Part shown: in pieces, positions 42,959-50,066 of the stretch
Numbering within the stretch: the stretch's first letter is position 1
Layout of the letters: each line of letters starts with the position of its first letter
Virus record (IMG/VR): IMGVR_UViG_3300037419_000163
Coordinates: 1-50,066 of that record
From: a virus
DNA length: 50,066 nucleotides
Strand: one strand, 5' to 3'
Made by a program: the position numbers and the translations under genes
The notes under the pieces: generated by a model
The model's database searches: none
Told to the model about the DNA's origin: nothing
The model's input: only the letters and a program-made list of their open reading frames with translations

Positions 42959-43954
42959 TTAGTAAGTAGTACCAGAGGTCAGAATCACGCCCACTGTATC
43001 CAGACGTTGCAAGCCAAACCCGAAACGGGAAGTAACTTGGAATTGGTCAGAACGCAGATCATGCTCACGCCAACCTTCAGTTTGGGGATGCCGTCTCCAA
43101 GCGTGCATAACAGGTTTGCAAGTATCATCTGATACACACATAAACACATTGGCCACGTCGCCTACTTGTGCAGTCGTATTGGCCAGATTATACGAAGAAG
43201 CATTGATAGCTTCGGTTGCAGTCTTGACGGGGAGGAAGTTCGACGTCCAGATATCCCAACCAAAGATATTCTTTACGAACTTATGTTCACGTACAAAACC
43301 CTCATTGATAATACCTTCAAACATGGGGTTGTTGCTAACATTAACCAAATTCGTAAGGCTATTGAGTGAAGCCTCAACCAAAGGATCAACGATTGCAATA
43401 CGACCAGCCGCAGGTACATTGGCTTTATCAAATGCCAGTTTCATGGCAATGAAGTCAGCAATGGACATGATACGGGTAGTTACACCAGAGCCGCCAGCGA
43501 TCCAACGATGGGGGCGACCATTAACCAAGTTTACATTGGCAAGAGTCTGACCCGTACCGGAAGCAGAAGCAGCGATGGAGAGGAAACGAGATTCATGTTG
43601 AATGCTCAAGGCACGAGTGCTTTCTACAGCACGCATACTCATCAAGGTATCAATCTGAGAACCATCTTCGCGGAGGTCATCCGATACACGCCATGCATCA
43701 CCTACGTAATCCGTAATGGACATGGTGATGGTATTCGTATCAATCGGATTGAATACCAGAGGAGTATCTTCAGCCGCATCTTGAATCGTTACCGTACCAA
43801 CCGTTTTAATGTTAAGAGTCGTACCAGTACCGAAATCCGATACATCACGCCAGAAACCATCTGGCAACATGTACGTTTGCAGATTGTCAAGAATAAATTG
43901 ACTATATTGTTGTGCCTCAATAAAGGCAGTTGTGTTACTCCGAAGCTGAGACAT
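42959..43954 (-). CDS. Major capsid protein
   Basis: 331 aa. It follows the portal and scaffold genes in canonical order, and its size and composition are typical of HK97-fold podovirus capsid proteins. Confidence 0.7.
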   Translation of the reverse strand: MSQLRSNTTAFIEAQQYSQFILDNLQTYMLPDGFWRDVSDFGTGTTLNIKTVGTVTIQDAAEDTPLVFNPIDTNTITMSITDYVGDAWRVSDDLREDGSQIDTLMSMRAVESTRALSIQHESRFLSIAASASGTGQTLANVNLVNGRPHRWIAGGSGVTTRIMSIADFIAMKLAFDKANVPAAGRIAIVDPLVEASLNSLTNLVNVSNNPMFEGIINEGFVREHKFVKNIFGWDIWTSNFLPVKTATEAINASSYNLANTTAQVGDVANVFMCVSDDTCKPVMHAWRRHPQTEGWREHDLRSDQFQVTSRFGFGLQRLDTVGVILTSGTTY

Positions 43955-43973
43955 AGTATTCCTTTAAATGAAA

Positions 43974-44678
43974 TTAACCTAGATTTTGTTTTACTTTCTC
44001 ACCTGCACGACGCCAAGCATCGACAAGATCACGAGTACTGTTAGTCTTAGCAACCTTAGCAGAAAGGGGTTCCTGCGAGTTAGTCCTAAAGGTTTCAGTA
44101 TTCACATCACTCTTAACCTTACCTGTTATATTTACTGGCTTATTCAAACCAGCTAATTTAATTACAGCAAGTGGAGAAGTCTTAGCCAACTCGTTAAGCA
44201 CACCAACAGACATACCAGCCTCAGCAGCAATCTTGTTGTATTGCTCCTCAGCCTTATCCCCGAATGCCTCTTTAAAAGCAGACACTACAGTAGAGGTATT
44301 ACTTTTGTGTTGCTTAACAGTTTCTGTTTGTGATACAATTTGCTTTACTAATTTTACTACAGCGTCTTGGTCAATTTCTTTATGTGGGGCTGTCTCCCCG
44401 TTAGGAATACCAGACTTTAGTTCGTCGAGAAGTTCTTGAGTAGTGCGACGTTTGGTTACTTCTTCCCTCAGAGTAGCTAACTCTTGCTCAAGTTTACTAA
44501 TATGAGTTTGAGCATGGGGAAGGGCTGCCATTGCCGCTTCAACTGTCTTGTACTTCTTGCCTTCACCTACCAGTTCATTCAATTCTGGTGGAATTGAGAT
44601 AATGGGGTTGACTACAGGCGGTACTTCTTGAGGCACTACATCTGCTGGGTCAGCAGTAAAAAGGGATGTATCAGTCAA
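43974..44678 (-). CDS. Scaffolding protein candidate
   Basis: 234 aa, helical and charged, lying between portal and capsid. TTG start 6 nt after AAGGA. Confidence 0.55.
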   Translation of the reverse strand: MTDTSLFTADPADVVPQEVPPVVNPIISIPPELNELVGEGKKYKTVEAAMAALPHAQTHISKLEQELATLREEVTKRRTTQELLDELKSGIPNGETAPHKEIDQDAVVKLVKQIVSQTETVKQHKSNTSTVVSAFKEAFGDKAEEQYNKIAAEAGMSVGVLNELAKTSPLAVIKLAGLNKPVNITGKVKSDVNTETFRTNSQEPLSAKVAKTNSTRDLVDAWRRAGEKVKQNLG

Positions 44679-44903
44679 TTATAGTCCTTGGTCTGGAATA
44701 AATTGTTTAAGTTTATCCAACATTTTGAGCATCCCTAACTGGAATGCTTGGAATTCAGCCCATGAAGCAGAGTCAAATCTTACTTCATCTAGTTGTTTTC
44801 TATGGGCTAATCTTATTTCAGCATCCAAATAATTATGAATAATCTGATAAGCTTCTTCTTTACTTATCGGAGGATTATTTGGGTCTTTTAAAGATTTTAA
44901 CAT
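44679..44903 (-). CDS. Small hypothetical protein (74 aa), possibly translated from a leaderless mRNA
   Basis: No SD. TGATATAAT ends 7 nt upstream of the ATG. Confidence 0.5.
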   Translation of the reverse strand: MLKSLKDPNNPPISKEEAYQIIHNYLDAEIRLAHRKQLDEVRFDSASWAEFQAFQLGMLKMLDKLKQFIPDQGL

Positions 44904-44910
44904 GGCTACT

Positions 44911-44919
44911 ATTATATCA
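44911..44919 (-). promoter_or_regulatory. Extended -10 promoter TGATATAAT (- strand) ahead of the scaffold/capsid cassette
   Basis: The + strand reads ATTATATCA. Confidence 0.45.
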
Positions 44920-44953
44920 CATATGGTCTTGACTTAATAGATTCTTATAGATA

Positions 44954-46741
44954 TTATTGTCTAGGAGGCATTCCCTGAGGAGCTACCATATTTTCTTCCA
45001 CAGGAGTTGCATCTTCAGCTTGAACAGTCTTAGTCACTTGATTCATTAGACGTTGTGTTTCAGCTTGCTCAATAACTGCGATGTTGTCTTTAATAATCTT
45101 GAACCTTTCAAATCCCATTGCTTCCTCAACCAGTCTAGCAAGAGCCTTAGCAGAGGTATGCGGAGCAATTGTCTGCCCAATAGGGCTGTTATAAACCCCC
45201 AGAAGATTCTGCATTAACTGAGCACGGGCAGCATAATGTCTTGCTCCCATAGGACGTAGTTTACCCTTAGCTGTAATATCATCCTTAGTAATGTTAATAA
45301 ACTCAGCAACCCCCAGATCATCATCCATAACCCTAATCAAATCTTTAGTAGAGAGATTACGTTTAGCTAATTCAAGCATCACGTTAAGAATCTTTTCTAG
45401 TAATTCGATTTCAAATTTATTAGTCTTATGGTGGAAGATTCTACCAGCAGCATTCTCTAATGTCTGTACTTCAAATGCAGTCTTCTCTCCCGGAGTACGA
45501 ATACCCATAGCTTGTTTAGGAGCACCTGCCATTTCTTCCATTAAACTCATCAACCCTGCAATTTCATTGTTGACTTGAAATGCAGCAGGATTAGGTGGAA
45601 GCAATCCTACCTCTCCATCTTCTGGTACATGTACTGTAACTCCCGGTGCCCAAGTAAAGGGTTCTACTTCTCCTTTAATTTGAATAGGGGGCATAATAGT
45701 CATATCAAGAGCATCGGCTTTCAGATTCTCAAGATGATCCAGACGATATTGCATCCCTACCAAGTTATCTAATGGCCCCATGCCGTAGAGGTTATCAGGA
45801 CGATCCCGCCACCCCACATGCACCTTATTATCCCGGCCTATCCAGCTAGGGTTGTCAATGTTTCTGAGAATGTAGCAGCGATCTATGATGGTAATAATCT
45901 TATTCTCATAGAGCTTCTCATCTAGAACATCGTAGTAATCCCCCTCAAACTCAATGATTTCAACCAGACCTGAGCCATAATATTCAGAGAGAGTGCCGAA
46001 ACCATCAGCTACATATCCTTCAGCCTTATTGATATCCTCCATCCGAAAGGATGAGAGATTCTTACGCAACTTAATACTTTTCTCTAGTACCTTATTATCA
46101 AACTTCAAATCAGTACGATAAAGCATCTCCTTCTTCAATTCTCCAATACTCTTAAGGTAACGAGTAAACTTAGGTGAATATTCAAAGGCAGGTGCAGAAG
46201 GATTAAATACTATGTCAAAGGGAGAAATGCGCACAGCCTTCGGCCCTACATATGTTACTACTTCCTCTTTAGTCAAGGGGTCAATATGTGTCTCATTAAC
46301 CCATTGCCCTTCTAGGAATACATTTCCATAATCAATGTAATCATACAAGCACTGAGAGATAGTCTCACGGAAGCCCGATAACCTACATTTGTTTTTCATA
46401 TAGGCTTCGATAGCTTCTCTCTTTTGTTTGGTTACATCATCCTCATTCTCCCCTTCCCAGATAAGCCAGTCATCATTAGGAAACAGAGCATCCATATAGT
46501 TTGCATGAAGATTATCACGAATCTGTGTGAGCTTCGGAATGGTAGTTCTATTCTTCCAAGGCAGAGTACTATTCGTAGTCGTGGAGGTATCAGTGGCAAA
46601 GATATAATTACGGAGTTCTCTCCATTCTTTTTCTTTCTCCATCTTTTGAATACGCCACCGCTCATAGAGAGCTACTAACTGTCTAGCTAGATTGTCTTCG
46701 TTAAGAATAAAATCTTTTATTGTAGCAACTTTTCCAGCCAT
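44954..46741 (-). CDS. Portal protein
   Basis: 595 aa, immediately downstream of the large terminase and overlapping it by 1 nt. Confidence 0.7.
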   Translation of the reverse strand: MAGKVATIKDFILNEDNLARQLVALYERWRIQKMEKEKEWRELRNYIFATDTSTTTNSTLPWKNRTTIPKLTQIRDNLHANYMDALFPNDDWLIWEGENEDDVTKQKREAIEAYMKNKCRLSGFRETISQCLYDYIDYGNVFLEGQWVNETHIDPLTKEEVVTYVGPKAVRISPFDIVFNPSAPAFEYSPKFTRYLKSIGELKKEMLYRTDLKFDNKVLEKSIKLRKNLSSFRMEDINKAEGYVADGFGTLSEYYGSGLVEIIEFEGDYYDVLDEKLYENKIITIIDRCYILRNIDNPSWIGRDNKVHVGWRDRPDNLYGMGPLDNLVGMQYRLDHLENLKADALDMTIMPPIQIKGEVEPFTWAPGVTVHVPEDGEVGLLPPNPAAFQVNNEIAGLMSLMEEMAGAPKQAMGIRTPGEKTAFEVQTLENAAGRIFHHKTNKFEIELLEKILNVMLELAKRNLSTKDLIRVMDDDLGVAEFINITKDDITAKGKLRPMGARHYAARAQLMQNLLGVYNSPIGQTIAPHTSAKALARLVEEAMGFERFKIIKDNIAVIEQAETQRLMNQVTKTVQAEDATPVEENMVAPQGMPPRQ

Positions 46742-48267
46742 TACACTATACCTCCAAATCTAGGATGAGACTTAATATTCATTACGTTCTGTTCTACATT
46801 CCATTGTTTAGGAATAATTGCAATATCAATTGCATTTGCTAAGGCATCTTTAATGTCATCATGTGGAGGACGCTGCATAACTAGTTCTTCTTCTAGGGAT
46901 TGACAGTTTCCCCCTCGATAGTGCCACACTTGAAGGTTATCGTATTTAGGTTCTAAGATAGCGGATAACCTTTCCTCTTTAGCTCCTTCATGTCTGTTAG
47001 GACGATATTCATCTATTGACAAAGGAAGCCCATTAGGTTTGATATAACTTTCCTTTAACTCATTAACGATTTGTTTCTGAGCAACAGAGATTTCAGCCCT
47101 TATCTTCCTGAACCCCCACTTCTGCTGTGCTTTAACAATATGATTAAAGTATTCCGTAATCCGATCTGTTTTAAATCTGTCAATATCCAAGATATAATAA
47201 TTACCAAGTCTATCGACACCTATGACAACCAACGCTGTGTAATCAGCCTTCTTACTAAGCGAAAAAGCAAAGTCAATAGCTGCATATACGTTTAGTTTCC
47301 TATCTCGGAGGAACCAAGTCCCTCCTTCCTGTTTCAGTAGATTTCTTTCGTAGTACTGGAATTTATCGGAACTTATTGAGGCAGACTCAGAGCTATTAGG
47401 ATTGTTATAATATTGAGCGTAATACTGAGTGGTATCAACATATTTAGCCTTGATTCGAGCCAGTATTTTTGCATCAAATCCGAACGGAGTTCCATCCATA
47501 CGCTGTGCACGTGGCCAAAGAAACTCCCCATCCGTTTCCACAACTCTCTGAAAGACTTCATAGACTTCTTCCTCTTTTTCTATATCCCCATCATCATTGT
47601 ATAAAGTCTCTCTCATTGTGATAAGAGTGTCGTATATATCTCTTGGATGGTATCTTGTTCCTACTACAACTTCTAACGCTCCGGGGTTCTCAATACTGGC
47701 AAGCTGAGAGTAGAGAGACGCAACTTTATCTCTGCCCTCTTCTGTATAAGCATTAGCCGGAACAACCAAGTCATCAAGGATAACGTGGCTAGCATGGAAC
47801 CCAGTAACAGAGCCTGTAATACCAGTTGCTTTAACAGTAGCATCTCTAATACCTTCTAGTTTACGTTTTGGATGATCTACACATATTTCTTCTACAGCCC
47901 ATTTCTCTCTTTTACCTTCATCCGGCCCAATCATTTCAGGCCAATAACGACGATAAATAGGACTATCTATAATTTGTTTTATCTGATATAATTGCTTCTC
48001 AGCAAGAGGAGCGGTAGCTGATACATACAGAATTGTAACCGCAGGGTCTTTAGTAATCCACCATGCGGCTAGATAAGCTGCAATCTTACTCTTCATATGA
48101 CCACGAGGAAGGAGAACAAGTTTATTAGCCTTGCCCTCTTGTCTTGTTAGCCACATGGAGAGTTCGATATGAACAGCCCCTAGTAGAACATGTGGGGCTA
48201 CAAGCCGAATGAATGACACAAAGTCATTCTCGGCCTGTTCCCTTATTTGTATTATCTTATCCTTCAA
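46741..48267 (-). CDS. terL: Terminase large subunit
   Basis: 508 aa. VLLPRGHMKSK (Walker A-like), HVILDDLV (Walker B-like), and a C-terminal nuclease-like region with AAIDFA and DDIKDA. Confidence 0.8.
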   Translation of the reverse strand: MKDKIIQIREQAENDFVSFIRLVAPHVLLGAVHIELSMWLTRQEGKANKLVLLPRGHMKSKIAAYLAAWWITKDPAVTILYVSATAPLAEKQLYQIKQIIDSPIYRRYWPEMIGPDEGKREKWAVEEICVDHPKRKLEGIRDATVKATGITGSVTGFHASHVILDDLVVPANAYTEEGRDKVASLYSQLASIENPGALEVVVGTRYHPRDIYDTLITMRETLYNDDGDIEKEEEVYEVFQRVVETDGEFLWPRAQRMDGTPFGFDAKILARIKAKYVDTTQYYAQYYNNPNSSESASISSDKFQYYERNLLKQEGGTWFLRDRKLNVYAAIDFAFSLSKKADYTALVVIGVDRLGNYYILDIDRFKTDRITEYFNHIVKAQQKWGFRKIRAEISVAQKQIVNELKESYIKPNGLPLSIDEYRPNRHEGAKEERLSAILEPKYDNLQVWHYRGGNCQSLEEELVMQRPPHDDIKDALANAIDIAIIPKQWNVEQNVMNIKSHPRFGGIV

Positions 48268-48727
48268 TGTCTTTCTTTGCGACCCATTTTCTTACTGCGT
48301 TAAGCCCTTCTCGGTCTTGATCGCCTTCTTCAACGATATCCCTAACTCTGTTTCGATATTGGTCAATTGCTCGCTCAACTTCGGGCCAGTTGATGGTGGT
48401 TGTTTCGCCGCCTCCGGTACAAACTTGAGGGGCTGGGGGCAATTGGCGGCTACGGGCAACCTCGTCGCGCAACCTGTTGTTATCAGAACGCAACTTAGTA
48501 ATAGTATCCACGTAAACTTTATCGACTTCATCTTTAGTCTCCTTACTCTCCTTATTGTCCTTCTTTGTCTCTTTCTCTTGGGCATCTCCAACTACTTCTA
48601 CTGCTTTGATCGAAGACCTACAAGCATCTAGTTCAGCAGAGATAATCTTGGTATAAATTCCCAATGAGACTGAAACCAATACTAACGCAACACATAGCCA
48701 ATGGATTGGATCAAAATTCATCTTCAC
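48257..48727 (-). CDS. Rz: i-spanin (Rz-like)
   Basis: N-terminal TM (HWLCVALVLVSVSLGIY), a charged coiled coil, and position after the endolysin. Confidence 0.65.
   Translation of the reverse strand: MKMNFDPIHWLCVALVLVSVSLGIYTKIISAELDACRSSIKAVEVVGDAQEKETKKDNKESKETKDEVDKVYVDTITKLRSDNNRLRDEVARSRQLPPAPQVCTGGGETTTINWPEVERAIDQYRNRVRDIVEEGDQDREGLNAVRKWVAKKDIEG
48292..48531 (-). CDS. Rz1: o-spanin (Rz1-like lipoprotein) embedded out of frame within the i-spanin gene
   Basis: AAGGAG lies 7 nt upstream of the ATG at 48531. MKSIKFTWILLLSCVLITTGC lipobox-like signal and a Pro-rich mature region. Confidence 0.65.
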   Translation of the reverse strand: MKSIKFTWILLLSCVLITTGCATRLPVAANCPQPLKFVPEAAKQPPSTGPKLSEQLTNIETELGISLKKAIKTEKGLTQ

Positions 48728-49181
48728 CCTCCTTAATAGCTGCTAGACAGCCAGCTACTTCTTTCTCCCTCCTACCTCTAATCTCAGGGGGTTTATTCCA
48801 TAAGGCCATAGCTTTACAGGCTTCCTCATGTTTACCCTCTTTTAAAAGTTTTAATGTGGTTGACCCACAATATCCCTTAACTCCGATGTTATATGTAAAG
48901 TGAAGATGCCAATCATATTCTTTTTGGAACATTGTCACTTCATCCCCAATACACTTTTTCATCCCTCTTCCATGTTCATCATCAACACTTTCAAGAAGTC
49001 TTACTAAAGCCTTTTGAGGAGTGGTTTTATCTCCTAGTTTTACATTCTTTGTTTCCCCATAACCATTTGTCGGAACTCCGACTGAATCTAGATAAGCCGT
49101 GGTTCTTAGTCCCTCCGCACTAGCGAGAAGGACTAGACCCACCCCAGACATTTGAAGAAACTTGACTGGGATTTTTGGCAT
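48711..49181 (-). CDS. SAR endolysin, GH24 (T4/P21 lysozyme-like)
   Basis: Catalytic pattern EGLRTTAYLDSVGVPTNGYGET. Weakly hydrophobic N-terminal signal-anchor FLQMSGVGLVLLASA. Confidence 0.8.
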   Translation of the reverse strand: MPKIPVKFLQMSGVGLVLLASAEGLRTTAYLDSVGVPTNGYGETKNVKLGDKTTPQKALVRLLESVDDEHGRGMKKCIGDEVTMFQKEYDWHLHFTYNIGVKGYCGSTTLKLLKEGKHEEACKAMALWNKPPEIRGRREKEVAGCLAAIKEGEDEF

Positions 49182-49465
49182 TAAAATATAAACTTCAGTA
49201 AGCCGAAGATTAGATGAGCCGCATTAATTACATCACCGATTGCTAAGAGAGCGACACCAAATCCGACTGCAATAGGCATTGACCAGCCTGATTTAGCCCA
49301 CTTAACTAGCCATGGATCAATTGCTCCTTCGCCTACACGCAACCAGTCTTGTACTTGTTGCAATCCCTGATTAGCGTGATTCTTGGCATCCTCTAAAGTC
49401 TCTGAGTTTGCGATTAAAGCGAATAAGTCTTTTACGTTTCCTACAATTCCAGTTACTCCACTCAT
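49181..49465 (-). CDS. Holin / pinholin candidate
   Basis: 94 aa with two C-terminal hydrophobic segments (MPIAVGFGVALLAIG, AAHLIFGLLKFIF), directly upstream of the endolysin. Confidence 0.35.
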   Translation of the reverse strand: MSGVTGIVGNVKDLFALIANSETLEDAKNHANQGLQQVQDWLRVGEGAIDPWLVKWAKSGWSMPIAVGFGVALLAIGDVINAAHLIFGLLKFIF

Positions 49466-50066
49466 GGTATTCCCTCGTCAATATAAGTTGCCCATTGTCC
49501 GGGCCATTGAAATATATCACCTGTACAGTTCGACATTCCCCACCACGATCCATCTTCAATGAAGGGACAATCTTCTTGAATAATACCCACACCTTTTGCC
49601 AACCACAATTCGATTACATAACTATTATAATCTTTGTATGATTGATAATATGGGCCTTTGCCTTTTGCTGCTAAAGGACAATCACATCTAATTATTGGAC
49701 GGCTAGATTGTTTAGTCCCATGATACATTACAATATGGATTACATCAGTATATGTCTTTCCATACCCTGCTCCCCATACCCCACTTGCATCCCTTCCGTA
49801 TGGAACCGTATATTGTGGAAGTGCCTCAATAAGTCCGGTTCTACTAAAGGCTTTTGCTCCTGAGTTAGTATAAGCTGCTCCCGGTGTATTCTGCCTCCAT
49901 ACATCTACTTCTATTGTTGCTGGTGATTCCGTAATACCATTTGCAGGCGACCATACAAGTCCGGTATTAGCTCCTGTTGATGTCTTATACCCCAGAACTA
50001 CATTAGGTGTACAAGGACTTCCGGCATACCAATCCCCTGTTTCTGTAATACTAAGGTCAGTCCCGA
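49462..50066 (-). CDS. 3' part of the junction-spanning 276-aa hypothetical protein (49940-50066 duplicates 1-127)
   Basis: The frame stays open from the window end to the stop at 49462 (hand-translated) and is continuous with 353->1. Confidence 0.7.
   Translation of the reverse strand, partial: GTDLSITETGDWYAGSPCTPNVVLGYKTSTGANTGLVWSPANGITESPATIEVDVWRQNTPGAAYTNSGAKAFSRTGLIEALPQYTVPYGRDASGVWGAGYGKTYTDVIHIVMYHGTKQSSRPIIRCDCPLAAKGKGPYYQSYKDYNSYVIELWLAKGVGIIQEDCPFIEDGSWWGMSNCTGDIFQWPGQWATYIDEGIP
49940..50066. repeat. Second copy of the 127-bp terminal direct repeat
   Basis: Identical to 1-127. Confidence 0.95.

Noticed and set aside
1-50066. CRISPR arrays, integrase/repressor lysogeny module, phage RNA polymerase, rRNA
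   Set aside because: I scanned the ORF translations and the intergenic regions. I found no repeat-spacer periodicity, no tyrosine or serine recombinase motifs, and no ORF of the right size or motif content for a single-subunit RNAP.

Overview
This window is a complete, circularly closed dsDNA phage genome. Bases 1-127 repeat exactly at 49940-50066, so the unique length is 49939 bp. Two divergent arms leave a 1.5 kb control region (6976-8496) with no ORF of 60 aa or more. The + strand arm (8497-30221) carries tiny early genes, a tightly coupled amidoligase / ATP-grasp / glutamine-amidotransferase cluster, and a T7-like replisome: a Zn-finger/Toprim primase, a DnaB/gp4-type helicase, a family-A DNA polymerase split into two ORFs, an SSB-like protein and a FEN/gp6-like exonuclease. 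It also encodes HNH nucleases, a class II ribonucleotide reductase and ThyX. The - strand late arm runs from 6975 down through the window junction to 30279. It carries tail fibre and glycosidase genes, a lysis cassette (holin-like protein, SAR endolysin, embedded Rz/Rz1-type spanins), large terminase, portal, scaffold and major capsid. These are followed by tail-tubular-like proteins, a degenerate GNAT-like ORF and giant internal virion proteins. I recognised no phage RNA polymerase, integrase, tRNA, rRNA or CRISPR array. Sigma70-like promoters (several TGnTATAAT), strong AAGGAG ribosome sites and spanins suggest a lytic podovirus-like phage of a Gram-negative host, transcribed by host RNAP. 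Three items look most worth following up. (1) A roughly 0.7-0.8 kb promoter-fed, helix-rich, ORF-poor stretch (about 7658-8460) may be a large structured RNA. (2) The seven-gene amidoligase/ATP-grasp/GATase cluster (11196-16812) has an unknown product. (3) The dense iteron, palindrome and operator architecture at 7100-7650. All functional calls come from reading the supplied translations for motifs. No database search was run.
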